A stretch of 63,839 nt of DNA, counting the filler, from Acidimicrobiia bacterium (GTDB lineage Bacteria > Actinomycetota > Acidimicrobiia > Spongiisociales > JAENVV01), in NCBI GenBank assembly GCA_041577335.1. It is 3 parts of 3 records of this genome, joined end to end, with 100 filler letters (N's around TTAATTAATTAA, not from the genome) between each part and the next. Parts side by side here need not be neighbours in the genome. Positions count along the whole stretch, not along the records: positions 23,651 to 46,501 come from JBFGJH010000056.1; 2 more parts are not named here. One strand, given 5' to 3'. Below, in pieces: positions 30,465-40,313 of this stretch. The translations under genes were made by a program, and so were the position numbers. The number at the start of each line of letters is the position of its first letter. The stretch's first letter is position 1. Below the pieces are notes generated by a model. That model was not told the origin of the DNA, made no database searches, and saw nothing but the letters and a program-made list of their open reading frames with translations.

Positions 30465-31016
30465 TCACCATCCGTGCGAGCGGAGACCCAGGTCCTCTTC
30501 TCCAGGGATCCCCAAATCCATGACGGTGAACGCGAGCAATACCACCGAGATCGGCACGGCCTCGGCTGTCACGATCCGACTCGGCGACATGGTCAGATCG
30601 GCTACGACCAGATCGTGGCGCCGTAGCTCCCAGACCTTCGACCTCCGCCGCCAGGTATTTGGTGAGTGCGGCACCAACCGATAGCCGGAGAGCGCCGTGT
30701 TGATGCCATACGTCCCTCCCGGCCCAGGCAAGGCTCGGCTGACCACGCGCCGTCGCCCGTCGAGCACGACGGGGGCGATGTGCCGGCCCTTCGTCCTGGC
30801 GGCGATGCGGCCGCGAGTGCCATCTGCCAACAGCACCCGCTGGCCCGGCCCGAGGAAGATCCACAGCCATGATCGACGGCCGAGCACGGCGACCACGTGG
30901 CGATCAGCGACCAACTCGAACCCATGCCACAGGCGATGTCCTCGACGCTCGAGGGTGGCCACGCCATCGATATGCAGCTCGCCCGCGTCGACGCCGGTCG
31001 TGCGATCTTCTTTCAT
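30465..31016 (-). CDS. Hypothetical protein
   Basis: ORF co-oriented with pgpA filling the gap; no recognised motif. Confidence 0.55.
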   Translation of the reverse strand: MKEDRTTGVDAGELHIDGVATLERRGHRLWHGFELVADRHVVAVLGRRSWLWIFLGPGQRVLLADGTRGRIAARTKGRHIAPVVLDGRRRVVSRALPGPGGTYGINTALSGYRLVPHSPNTWRRRSKVWELRRHDLVVADLTMSPSRIVTAEAVPISVVLLAFTVMDLGIPGEEDLGLRSHGW

Positions 31017-31055
31017 CGCTCCAACGCTACCCGGCACGGGCCAGAAGACCGGCGC

Positions 31056-31502
31056 CTAGATGAGCGCGTAGACGATCCAGCCGATGCCGAGGGCGTACAA
31101 GCCGGCGAGGAGGTCGTCAGCGGTGATGCCCCACGACCCTGGCAGGCGCTCGGCTGCGGAGATCCCGGGAAGAACCTTGGTTGCATCCACGATCCGGAAG
31201 GCCACAAAAGCCACGGCGGCGGGTACCAGGCCGAGGCCGACCGTGGCGACGAGAGTTCCGGCGGCTTCGTCCACGACGATCCAGCCGGGATCACCTTCGC
31301 TCGTGAACGGGCGGGAAGACCAGACGCTCAACGCCGCGACGCCGACGGCCGCCGCCACTTGCCATGTCCACCGGTCGGGCCCGATCAGAGAGACCAATGC
31401 CAGCGCGGCGACCGAACCCACAGTCCCAGACCCGGTATCGGATCCTCGGAATCGGCGGAGTAGGAGCCCGGTCCCAAACCACGATGCGATGAATCGATGC
31501 AC
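31056..31502 (-). CDS. pgpA: Phosphatidylglycerophosphatase A
   Basis: GSGTVGS, DPGWIVVDE, FRIVD..K, GITADDLLAG. Confidence 0.9.
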   Translation of the reverse strand: MHRFIASWFGTGLLLRRFRGSDTGSGTVGSVAALALVSLIGPDRWTWQVAAAVGVAALSVWSSRPFTSEGDPGWIVVDEAAGTLVATVGLGLVPAAVAFVAFRIVDATKVLPGISAAERLPGSWGITADDLLAGLYALGIGWIVYALI

Positions 31503-31555
31503 CGCCGGCAGGGTAGTTGGCTACCCCCATAGAGAGTGCCTCGGTACCATCGGCG

Positions 31556-31690
31556 TGTGTGCCCGCACCGGTTTACTCCACAGGCCCCGCGATCATGAGC
31601 CGGAAGGGTTCATGGTGTCCGTCGCCATCGCGAATGGTATGGCCAGCGGACCTCCTCCCCACGAGGCGCCGGCGCATGGGTGTGCTGTGC
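31556..31690 (+). ncRNA. Candidate structured small RNA (unassigned)
   Basis: TACCAT -10-like box at 31545; 5' and 3' ends pair (G-U rich); two internal hairpins; C-rich single strand. Confidence 0.3.
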
Positions 31691-31784
31691 GGATGATGTG
31701 TGTGAGTGCTGACGTCGCCACGGTGGCCGGTCGGCGAGCGCCCGGCCCATCCGAGGCCGGCCCGCCGGGTGCATCGCTCTGACC

Positions 31785-32312
31785 ATGGAACGCATTGCAG
31801 TCGTCGGGTCCTCGGGAAGCGGCAAGACCACCGTGAGCCGTCATCTCGCCGCCGACCTGGACCTGCCGCATCTCGAGCTGGATTCCGTGTTTCATCAGGA
31901 GAACTGGACGCCGTTGCCCACTGACGAGATGAAGGCCCGAGTGGCCCGCTTCGTAGCAGCCGACCGGTGGGTGGTCGACGGCAACTACCCGGTGGTTTCC
32001 GCGATCATCTGGCAACGTGCCGACACGGTTGTGTGGCTCGACCTGTCACGTCTTCGGGTCATGAGCCGTCTTGTGCCGCGCACCCTGGGGAGAGGCCTGC
32101 AGCGCACAGAGCTATGGAACGGGAATCGCGAAGAACTGAGAAACGTCTTCCGGCGGGATCCAGACAAGAACCTCCTCCTCTGGACCTGGACGAAGCACCG
32201 CGGCCTACGCGAGCGATACGAGCAAGCTGCTGCCGGCGCCGACCACCTGTCGGTCTTCCGGCTGCGCAGCCCAAGCGCGGTCGAACGGTTTCTCGCCGGA
32301 ACCGACCGGTAG
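31785..32312 (+). CDS. P-loop kinase, FlaR/adenylate kinase-like
   Basis: GSSGSGKTT, ELD, WVVDGNY, ADTVVWLD, ELWNGNRE. Confidence 0.87.
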   Translation: MERIAVVGSSGSGKTTVSRHLAADLDLPHLELDSVFHQENWTPLPTDEMKARVARFVAADRWVVDGNYPVVSAIIWQRADTVVWLDLSRLRVMSRLVPRTLGRGLQRTELWNGNREELRNVFRRDPDKNLLLWTWTKHRGLRERYEQAAAGADHLSVFRLRSPSAVERFLAGTDR

Positions 32313-32350
32313 CCTGGGTGGCTGAGGAGGCCGGTCGCAGAGGAGGCGGA

Positions 32351-32902
32351 ATGAAGACGGTGAGTTTCACCCGAATGGACGAGGGAACCGCCGATGATTA
32401 TCGGTTGCTGGCCGAAATCGAAGCCGTCGAGCTGGCCGCGTTTCCGGAGCGCGTACTGGGTTGGCTCCGTTCGATGGATGAGCCGACCGGGTATCGGATC
32501 ACCCGGCTCGAACACTCGCTTCAGTCGGCGACACGTGCACAGCGCGACGGGCGAGCGGCGGAGTACGTGCTCATGTGTCTGTTACACGATGTCGGCGACG
32601 TCCTGGCGCCTGCGAATCATTCCGAAGCGGCGGCTGCGTTGCTCAGGCCCTACATCAGTGAGGACCTGTATTGGATCGTCAGGCATCACGGCCTCTTCCA
32701 GGGCTTCTACTACTTCCACCACACCGGCCAGGATCCCAATGGTCGCGATGCTTATCGCGACCATCCGCTCTTCGATGCGACCGTGGAGTTCTGCGAGCTC
32801 TACGACCAGAATTGTTTCGATCCCGCCTACGACACGCTGCCCCTGACCGAGTTCGAATCATTGGTGCGAACCGGTTTGGCCGAGCCACACGGCTTTGTCT
32901 GA
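32351..32902 (+). CDS. HD domain metalloprotein (PhnZ-like phosphohydrolase/oxygenase family)
   Basis: EHSLQSA, LLHDVGD, NH, HH, DQ..FDP; AGGAGG RBS. Confidence 0.85.
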   Translation: MKTVSFTRMDEGTADDYRLLAEIEAVELAAFPERVLGWLRSMDEPTGYRITRLEHSLQSATRAQRDGRAAEYVLMCLLHDVGDVLAPANHSEAAAALLRPYISEDLYWIVRHHGLFQGFYYFHHTGQDPNGRDAYRDHPLFDATVEFCELYDQNCFDPAYDTLPLTEFESLVRTGLAEPHGFV

Positions 32903-32917
32903 GGAAAAGGCACGGAC

Positions 32918-34786
32918 GTGAAACCAACCGACCTCGACCAGTACGTGACCATCGAGTCGGTGGATGTTTCTCCTGATGGCTCCACCGTGGTCTACGGCCA
33001 GGCGCGCATGGATCTCGACGCGGATAGGTATCACCGGGTGCTCATGTTGGCCGGCGCATCGATCCGGCCCCTCACCGACGGCCCGTCGGACCGACGGCCG
33101 CGCTGGTCGCCTGACGGAAGCAAGATCGCCTTTCTCCGCGGGGTGGAAGAGAGCGACCAGCTCGCTCTGGTCGCTCCCCATGGCGGTGACGTCGAAATCA
33201 TCACCTCGTTCGCTCACAAGGTGGTTGCGTTTGAGTGGGCTCCTGACTCCCGGCGCTTGGTGGTGCAGGTCCCCGAGCAAATCGACGATCCCCACCTCAC
33301 CGACGAGGAACGCAAAGTCCGTCCTCGCCGAATCACGTCGATCCCTTATCGATTCGACGATCCACGGTGGGAAGGAGGGACCGCCGATCAACTCTGGGTC
33401 GTGGAATCCGGCGTCGAGCCCAGGCAAATCACCACAGGAACGGGATCGTGTGAAGGACCAGTGTGGGCGCCGGATGGAGCACAGATCGCCTTTCGATCAG
33501 ACCGATCGGGGCGACGGTTTGGCACCACATCCCAGCACCTTTGCGTCGTTGACGCGGGGGGCGGGCCGATCGTGGCCATGTCGGAGCTCGGCTCGTTTTC
33601 GCATGTCACCTACCGCCCCGATGGGGTCCTCCATGCTGTTGGCCTGGTCGATGAGTTCGAGTGGCCGGCCCCGCTGCAACTCCTGCGGCTCGAGCCGGAT
33701 GGCTTGGCGCCGGTGGCGCCTGACCTGGATCGAACGATCAGCTTGGCGGACGGAGGCTTCGGCTGGGACGGTGACGCAGCCGTGTGTGTGATCGACGACG
33801 GGGGAAGAAACGTTGCAGTGCGGATCGATCCGGATGGGTCGGTTGCCCGCGTATACGACGAGCAGGCAGCCATCAAAGCGCTGGCCTCCTCGGGGAGTGT
33901 CGTGGCGGCGGTGGCCAGCACATATGCCGACCCCGGTCACGTCGTGGCAATCGATGGCACGGAACAGCGCGTGATTGCCCAGCCAAACGCCGACCTCGAC
34001 CTCGGTCTCGTCGCCGGGGACTACTTCCAGGTATCAGCCAACGGCGTCGAGATCGATGCCTGGGCTTATCTCCCGCCCGGCGACGATCGGGTCCCGCTGC
34101 TTCTCAACATACACGGTGGCCCGGCAGGTCAATACGGGTTCGGGTTCTTCGACGAGTTCCAGGTGTACGCCTCCGCAGGCTACGGCGTGGTTGCGTGCAA
34201 TCCGCGTGGTTCTGCCGGCCGGGGCAGAGAATGGTTGCGTGCCGTCACTGGTGGCGGCTGGGGCGTCAACGACATGGCTGACGTGCAAGCGGTCGTCGCG
34301 GCCGCAGCGGCTCGACATCCCCGACTCGATGTGACCCGCAAGGGGATCATGGGAGGTTCGTACGGCGGCTTCCTCACCGCATGGATCACGGCCCATGATC
34401 AATCGTTCCGTGCGGCAGTAGTCGAACGTGCCCTCCTGAACTGGACGTCGTTCACAGGAACGTCGGACATCTCCTCGGCCTTTTCGGGAATGTACTTGGC
34501 GGGAGCGACCACCCCCCGAGACCATGAGACTCTGTGGGCCGCGAGTCCGCTTCGCTTGGCCGATGAAATCACCACTCCAACACTCCTGGTGCACGCAGAA
34601 GGCGACTACCGATGCCCGATCGAGCAGGCCGAACAGTTCTTCTTCGTCCTCCTGAAGAACGGTGTCGACGCCGAGTTCCTTCGCTTTCCCGGCGAGTCGC
34701 ATGAGATGTCACGAGCGGGCAAACCGCAGCACCGTCTGGCGCGGTTCGAGGCGATCCTCGAATGGCATCAACGGCACCTCGCTTGA
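32918..34786 (+). CDS. S9 family peptidase (acylaminoacyl peptidase-like)
   Basis: PD40-type propeller (WSPDG), IHGGP, GGSYGG, DYRC, ESH. Confidence 0.92.
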   Translation: MKPTDLDQYVTIESVDVSPDGSTVVYGQARMDLDADRYHRVLMLAGASIRPLTDGPSDRRPRWSPDGSKIAFLRGVEESDQLALVAPHGGDVEIITSFAHKVVAFEWAPDSRRLVVQVPEQIDDPHLTDEERKVRPRRITSIPYRFDDPRWEGGTADQLWVVESGVEPRQITTGTGSCEGPVWAPDGAQIAFRSDRSGRRFGTTSQHLCVVDAGGGPIVAMSELGSFSHVTYRPDGVLHAVGLVDEFEWPAPLQLLRLEPDGLAPVAPDLDRTISLADGGFGWDGDAAVCVIDDGGRNVAVRIDPDGSVARVYDEQAAIKALASSGSVVAAVASTYADPGHVVAIDGTEQRVIAQPNADLDLGLVAGDYFQVSANGVEIDAWAYLPPGDDRVPLLLNIHGGPAGQYGFGFFDEFQVYASAGYGVVACNPRGSAGRGREWLRAVTGGGWGVNDMADVQAVVAAAAARHPRLDVTRKGIMGGSYGGFLTAWITAHDQSFRAAVVERALLNWTSFTGTSDISSAFSGMYLAGATTPRDHETLWAASPLRLADEITTPTLLVHAEGDYRCPIEQAEQFFFVLLKNGVDAEFLRFPGESHEMSRAGKPQHRLARFEAILEWHQRHLA

Positions 34787-34856
34787 TCCCTCCCGATCGA
34801 TACCACTGAGCAAGTTCTCCACGCATTGTTCAACCAGGCATGGGGCGTGGCAAACT

Positions 34857-35777
34857 ATGCCCATGGAGAAATCCCGCTACATATGGATGGACGGCCAGCT
34901 CGTGCCGTGGGAGGACGCCACCATCCACGTTCTCACCCACGCGCTGCATTATGGATCCGGGGTCTTCGAGGGAATCCGGGCATACGAAACGCCTGACGGG
35001 CCGGCGATCTTTCGGCACAGGGAACACATGGAGCGTTTGGTGCGGTCGGCCAACGCCTACGGCATTCCCATCGAGCAGACATCAGAACAGCTGATGGACG
35101 CTGCTCGTCAAGTCATCTCGTCGAACGAGTTGAACGAAGGCTATATCCGCCCACTCGTGTTCTTCGGCTTGGGCTCGATGGGTCTCAATCCCGCCGGGGC
35201 AACGGTCCACACGATGGTGGCTGCCTGGAAGTGGGGCACCTATCTGGGCGACGAAGGCGTGCAGAACGGGATACGCGTGCGGGTCTCGTCATGGCGCCGC
35301 ATCGACCCCTCGTCGCTCATTCCGTCGTCAAAGGGAACCGGCGGCTACCTGAATTCGATCCTCGCCAAGACCGAGGCGGTCAAGGCCGGCTACGACGAGG
35401 CGATCATGCTCAACATGGCCGGGTTCGTGTCAGAAGGCTCCGGCGAAAACATCTTCCTGGTGCGGGACGGAGCAATCACGACACCGCCGCTATCCGATGG
35501 GTGCCTTGGGGGGATCACCCGCGACTCGGTGATGCAGATCATGCGAGACGACGGTCACGAGGTGCGGGAACAATCGCTCACCCGATCGGATATCTATCAC
35601 GCTGATGAGGTGTTGATGTGTGGGACCGCCGCCGAGGTCACCCCGGTGCGAGAGTGTGATGACCGCACCATCGGCACGGGCAAGCCCGGCCCAGTGACAC
35701 GCGACGTCCAGGACACATTCGCCAAGGCGGTCACCGGTCAACTCGATCGATACAAGCACTGGTTGGACTTCGTCTGA
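34857..35777 (+). CDS. ilvE: Branched-chain amino acid aminotransferase
   Basis: LHYGSGVFEGIRAY, YIRP, EGSGENIF, GITR, GTAAEVTP. Confidence 0.95.
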   Translation: MPMEKSRYIWMDGQLVPWEDATIHVLTHALHYGSGVFEGIRAYETPDGPAIFRHREHMERLVRSANAYGIPIEQTSEQLMDAARQVISSNELNEGYIRPLVFFGLGSMGLNPAGATVHTMVAAWKWGTYLGDEGVQNGIRVRVSSWRRIDPSSLIPSSKGTGGYLNSILAKTEAVKAGYDEAIMLNMAGFVSEGSGENIFLVRDGAITTPPLSDGCLGGITRDSVMQIMRDDGHEVREQSLTRSDIYHADEVLMCGTAAEVTPVRECDDRTIGTGKPGPVTRDVQDTFAKAVTGQLDRYKHWLDFV

Positions 35778-36268
35778 TGGGCCAGGAGCCCAATATCGAG
35801 CTCACTTCTGCGGACGCTCCCCGGCGGACCGCCGAGCCGGGAGCGCCCGGCCGTTGGGTCAACGAGCGCCCCGGTGCCATCACGAGCCCTGACCAGCAGC
35901 CGTGGGGCGGCACATTCGGACGTCCTGGGCCTGACACCGGATGGGCGCTGCGTCTGATCACCAGAGCCGACTTTGATCGAACCCATCGAGTCAAGGAAAC
36001 CGAATCAGTACTCGCGGCTCTGGTGGGAGCCCGAGCGTCCCACTATGGGCGAGCACCGGTGCCCCAAGACGTCGAGGTTGGGCTCACCCTCCTCGGCCTG
36101 CGATCAGACGGCCTCCCCGAAGGGACAGTCGAGTCACTGCGGTCGCGACGAGAGCATGCTCTCGACCATGCTGCCCATGAGCATTCGAAGGGCGCCGGGC
36201 TGCTCGACGAGATCCCGCTTGCCCATTTGGCCGCCACCCCCGAAGAGCTCCTGGCGTTGCTGGCCTGA
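35777..36268 (+). CDS. Hypothetical protein
   Basis: Start overlaps ilvE stop; in-operon ORF with no recognised motif. Confidence 0.7.
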   Translation: MGQEPNIELTSADAPRRTAEPGAPGRWVNERPGAITSPDQQPWGGTFGRPGPDTGWALRLITRADFDRTHRVKETESVLAALVGARASHYGRAPVPQDVEVGLTLLGLRSDGLPEGTVESLRSRREHALDHAAHEHSKGAGLLDEIPLAHLAATPEELLALLA

Positions 36269-36320
36269 TCGATGCCGGAACCGGCGACCCGAACGATTCA
36301 ACGAGAGAAATGACGCCATA

Positions 36321-37082
36321 GTGAAGATCGTGCGCATGCAGACTACCGAGGGTATCTCCTATGGGACGGTGGAGCCGGAGGGCATCCGTCTCTATCAAGG
36401 CTCGCCCTTGGTTCACTGGGAAGCGACCGACGTTTTTGTGTCCTTCGGAGACGTGACGTTGTTGGCGCCTGTGCTGCCATCCAAGGTGGTGTGCGTCGGC
36501 AGGAACTACGTCGACCATGCCGACGAGTTGGGCAACGAGGTCCCGGAGCGGCCAATTCTCTTCATCAAGCCCTCGACCTCGGTCGTTGGCCCGCTCGCGA
36601 CAGTGGTGTACCCAGCCGAGTCGGCGAACGTGCATCACGAGGCGGAGCTGGCAGTCGTCATCGGCGCCGTTGCTCGCAACGTCAGAGCCGAGGATGTGGG
36701 TCAGGTGATTCTGGGCTACACCGTCGGCAACGATGTGACCGCTCGCGACCTCCAGCGCCAGGACGGCCAGTGGGCTCGCGCCAAAGGCTTCGACACGTTT
36801 TGCCCGCTCGGGCCGGCCATAGCCACCGAGTTCGATCCTGCCGAAGGCATGGAGATCACCTGTCGGGTCAACGGCGAGTTGCGTCAATCAGGTTCGACCG
36901 CCGACATGGTGTTCGGGGTTGCCGAGCTCATCGAATACATCACCAAGGGTATGACCCTGCTCCCTGGCGACGTTCTTCTCACCGGAACCCCGGCCGGAGT
37001 CGGGCCGGTGGTACCAGGTGATCGGATGGAGGTCGAGATCCAGGGGATCGGGATCCTCTCCAACCCGGTGGGTGCCGCATGA
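36321..37082 (+). CDS. Fumarylacetoacetate hydrolase family protein
   Basis: CVGRNY, FIKP, HEAEL, NDVTARD, AKGFDTF, TGTPAG; GTG at 36321. Confidence 0.92.
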   Translation: MKIVRMQTTEGISYGTVEPEGIRLYQGSPLVHWEATDVFVSFGDVTLLAPVLPSKVVCVGRNYVDHADELGNEVPERPILFIKPSTSVVGPLATVVYPAESANVHHEAELAVVIGAVARNVRAEDVGQVILGYTVGNDVTARDLQRQDGQWARAKGFDTFCPLGPAIATEFDPAEGMEITCRVNGELRQSGSTADMVFGVAELIEYITKGMTLLPGDVLLTGTPAGVGPVVPGDRMEVEIQGIGILSNPVGAA

Positions 37083-38536
37083 CCGTCCGGCTTCGCATCG
37101 CCCCATCGCCCACGGGCAGCCTGCATGTGGGCAACGCCCGCTCGGCGGTGTTCAACTGGCTCTACGCCCGACGGCATGGCGGGCAGTTCATCGTGAGGGT
37201 CGACGACACCGACACGGCACGATCTGACGAGCGCCATGTATCGGAGATGATCGATGGCCTGCGCTGGCTCGGCCTCGACTGGGATGAGGGGATCGAGGTC
37301 GGGGGCCCGCACGGCACCTACCGACAGAGCGATCGCTTCGACCGCTACCGCGAAGCTGCCGAGCAGCTCTGGCGTGGCGGCGATGCGTACTACTGCTTCT
37401 GCACGCCGGAGGAACTGGACGTGCGTCGGGCTGAGGCGCAGAAGGCAGGCAGGCCACCCGGCTACGACGGGCTGTGCCGGGCTATTGACACCGAACAAGC
37501 TCGCGCTCGGGTCGCCGATGACGAGCGAGCCTCCCTTCGATTGGCGGTTCCCAGGCCGGGCGTCACGGAATTTCGCGACCTCGTTCGGGACGACATGCGC
37601 TTCGATCATGAGAACATCGACGATTTCGTGCTGCTTCGGAGCAGTGGTGCACCCACCTATCACCTCGCTTCCACCGTCGATGACGTCGACTACGACATCA
37701 CCCATGTCGCCAGGGGAGAGGACCTTTTGTCTTCGACCCCCAAACACATCCTCATCACCGAAGCATTGGGAGCTTCGTCCCCCACCTACGCTCACCTGCC
37801 GCTCCTGTTCGGACCGGACGGCAAGAAGCTGTCGAAGCGGCACGGCGACACATCCCTGAAGGCGTTCATCTCTGCCGGGTACCTGCCGGAAGCCATGTTC
37901 AACTACATGAGCCTTCTGGGCTGGTCATACGACCCGGAGATCACCATCTACAGCGCCGACGAGGCGATCGCCCGCTTCGATCTCGATGATGTGTCCAAGA
38001 ATCCGGCCGTCTTCGACGTAGACAAGCTTCAATGGATGAACGGCGAGTACATTCGGGCAATGCCGGTCTCCGAGTTCATCGAGCGCAGCCGACCTGCCCT
38101 GGAGGAGGGGCTGGGAAGCCCCCTCGAGCCTGCCGAATTCGACAAATACCGCCAGCTCGCTCCGCTCATTCAGGAGCGCATCAAGATGTGGCCGGAGACC
38201 GCTGAGATGGTGCGTTGGCTATACGTCGACGAGGTCGAATACGACCAGCAGAGCTGGAGCAAGGTCATGGAAAAGGAGCCGTCTGCGGCAGTTCTCTCTG
38301 ATGCGCTGGGCCGTCTGGAGAAGGTCGATCCGTGGACAACCGAGACTATCGAGGCTGCGATGCGAGCCATGCTGGAGGAGCTGGATATCGGTGCCCGCAA
38401 AGGGTTTCAACCGCTCCGGGTAGCTGTCACCGGATCGAGCATCTCACCTCCGCTCTTCGAAAGCATGGAAGTACTGGGCAAACAGGCGAGCTTGGGCCGT
38501 ATCGGCGCCGCTTCGGCTCGATTGGCCGCCGGCTGA
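37079..38536 (+). CDS. gltX: Glutamate--tRNA ligase (probably non-discriminating)
   Basis: APSPTG..HVGN (HIGH), DDTD, YRQS, KLSKR (KMSKS). Confidence 0.96.
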   Translation: MTVRLRIAPSPTGSLHVGNARSAVFNWLYARRHGGQFIVRVDDTDTARSDERHVSEMIDGLRWLGLDWDEGIEVGGPHGTYRQSDRFDRYREAAEQLWRGGDAYYCFCTPEELDVRRAEAQKAGRPPGYDGLCRAIDTEQARARVADDERASLRLAVPRPGVTEFRDLVRDDMRFDHENIDDFVLLRSSGAPTYHLASTVDDVDYDITHVARGEDLLSSTPKHILITEALGASSPTYAHLPLLFGPDGKKLSKRHGDTSLKAFISAGYLPEAMFNYMSLLGWSYDPEITIYSADEAIARFDLDDVSKNPAVFDVDKLQWMNGEYIRAMPVSEFIERSRPALEEGLGSPLEPAEFDKYRQLAPLIQERIKMWPETAEMVRWLYVDEVEYDQQSWSKVMEKEPSAAVLSDALGRLEKVDPWTTETIEAAMRAMLEELDIGARKGFQPLRVAVTGSSISPPLFESMEVLGKQASLGRIGAASARLAAG

Positions 38537-38560
38537 CAGCCGCTACCATTGCCGCTCTCT

Positions 38561-38633
38561 GGCCCCGTCGTCCAGCGGCCTAGGACGCCGGCCTTTCAAG
38601 CCGGTAACGCGGGTTCGAATCCCGTCGGGGCTA
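38561..38633 (+). tRNA. tRNA-Glu (TTC)
   Basis: Acceptor GGCCCCG/CGGGGCT, anticodon arm CCGGC-CTTTCAA-GCCGG, T-loop GTTCGAATC; CCA not encoded. Confidence 0.96.
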
Positions 38634-38640
38634 CCCAATT

Positions 38641-38669
38641 CCAACGCCCGCCCTGTGGCGGGCGCTTGG
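38641..38669 (+). terminator. GC-rich hairpin after tRNA-Glu
   Basis: CCAACGCCCGCC-CTGT-GGCGGGCGCTTGG. Confidence 0.6.
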
Positions 38670-38715
38670 ATTGGGCCAACCGGATTCGAAACGAATCCCG
38701 TTGGGGCGGCGAGCG

Positions 38716-39711
38716 TCAGACAAGCTCCCGCGCTCGCAACACCCTCAGGGCTTCTGCGCCGATCGGCTTGAACTGCTCAGGCGAGAAATGCGCAAAGTCC
38801 ACCTGGTGGTCAACGCCTCCTAGCTTGAGGATGCGGTCGACGTCAAGAACATCGAAGTCCAGTCTGCGCGACATCTCGGCAAGACGAATATTGAATTCCC
38901 GGCGGCGGGCATTGTCTGCCTCATTCACGAGTCGGTAGTTGTGGGTAGCACACGACGGGTCGATTGTGAGCATGTTGATCACCAATAGGTGCGCGCCGGT
39001 GCGTGCCTTTGTCTCGACGATCAGCCGGGCGTAGCTCTCTTCGAAGTCTTCGGGCGCGAAACGTCCGATGCTGTCGAATGTCTTGCTGAACCACCTCACC
39101 GTGTCGGGGTCCTGGAGGGCGTTGTCGATCGAATGGTTCAGCCAGAATCCTCCGGGATCAACGAGGAAACCATGGTCGCGGTGGCGGTACATGGTGCGCG
39201 AGAAATCGGGAGCCGTCGACAATGCGATGACTGTCTTGTCGATGGTCTCGAATCCGAGCTCGGCTCGCAGCTGGAAAGTCGGATCGAAGAAGTCGGGGGA
39301 GAAATACCGTCGGCCAAGCTTCAACGCCCGACTCACCTCGCGCAGCGACTCGGGAGGCGCCCGGTCCAACACGTCGAGGGACTGGAGCAACACATCCGAG
39401 CGGGAACCGCTGATCATTATCGGATCACGAAAGATTGCCACGGTGCCCACGACATCGGGAGCCAGCATGGCAGCCATCGTCAGCAGAGCCGGGAGATCGC
39501 ATGCGCCGCGCAGGTAAATGCCGACACGCTGGGCGTCAGGATCCTGCTTCGACTGAACTACCTTGTAGTTGCGGCCGCTGACCAACGTATAGTCATCGCC
39601 GGTTTCAACTCTGGGTTTCAGCTGCTTCTTCTTCATCAGCTTGGCGGTGTAAGGGTTGGAAGCAGCAATGGCTCGTGACAGTCTGAGCAACCGTCTTCCG
39701 AGAGGGCTCAT
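38716..39711 (-). CDS. Hypothetical protein with SGNH/GDSL hydrolase-like C-terminal domain
   Basis: C-terminal pattern LLVIN...FNIRLAEM...VLDVD...DFAH resembles SGNH block V (DxxH). Confidence 0.6.
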   Translation of the reverse strand: MSPLGRRLLRLSRAIAASNPYTAKLMKKKQLKPRVETGDDYTLVSGRNYKVVQSKQDPDAQRVGIYLRGACDLPALLTMAAMLAPDVVGTVAIFRDPIMISGSRSDVLLQSLDVLDRAPPESLREVSRALKLGRRYFSPDFFDPTFQLRAELGFETIDKTVIALSTAPDFSRTMYRHRDHGFLVDPGGFWLNHSIDNALQDPDTVRWFSKTFDSIGRFAPEDFEESYARLIVETKARTGAHLLVINMLTIDPSCATHNYRLVNEADNARRREFNIRLAEMSRRLDFDVLDVDRILKLGGVDHQVDFAHFSPEQFKPIGAEALRVLRARELV

Positions 39712-40100
39712 GCTTCCGCTCCCGGATTCGCGCGAACGACGTCGAAGCTGGTGCGAGCCTCGCCAGCCTTGTCCGACCCATCGTGCGTGTCGATCTCACC
39801 GACCGGGTCTCCCACATCGATGGACGTGCCTGTCGAAGCCGTGATAGCCGAAAGCGTCCCGGCATCCATCGAGGTGATGCGGTACACAACACTGACCTCC
39901 GGGAGTTTGCGCGCCTTCGCCTTGACGAAACGGCGAAGGCGCGCACCGAGTTCTCGCTGCGCAATCGCCACGCTGATGATCGTGACGTCGAAGAGGTGGT
40001 CACCGTACGAAACGGCCTCGCCAACCTGGAGGTGCCACTCGGATACCTTGCCCGCGGTGACTGCTGGGCTCACCGGTGGAAAACGGATCGACAGCTTCAC
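39708..40100 (-). CDS. Biotinyl/lipoyl-carrier-like domain protein lacking the canonical DK motif
   Basis: GKVSEWHLQVGEAVSYGDHLFDV and ITSMDAGTL...GTSIDVGDPVGEI match the two halves of a lipoyl domain; 4-nt overlap with the next gene. Confidence 0.65.
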   Translation of the reverse strand: MKLSIRFPPVSPAVTAGKVSEWHLQVGEAVSYGDHLFDVTIISVAIAQRELGARLRRFVKAKARKLPEVSVVYRITSMDAGTLSAITASTGTSIDVGDPVGEIDTHDGSDKAGEARTSFDVVRANPGAEA

Positions 40101-40313
40101 TGTCGGGCCGATCTGCTCGCGTGCTGCGCCGTACCTCGTCCAACGATCACAGTCCGCACGACATCATCCCCATTTCGCAGTCCCCACGACCACAAAACAA
40201 TGCTACCCAACGATTGGTCGAGCAGCGGGGACAAATCTGGTCGTGTTCCTGGCCCAGCTGGATGCCTGGGATAGGCCGCCGTGGCGTGGCGGTCCCGCTC
40301 TAGTATCCGCCTC

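Noticed and set aside
24765..38536. gatCAB with gltX as a novel system
   Set aside because: Standard indirect Gln/Asn-tRNA pathway
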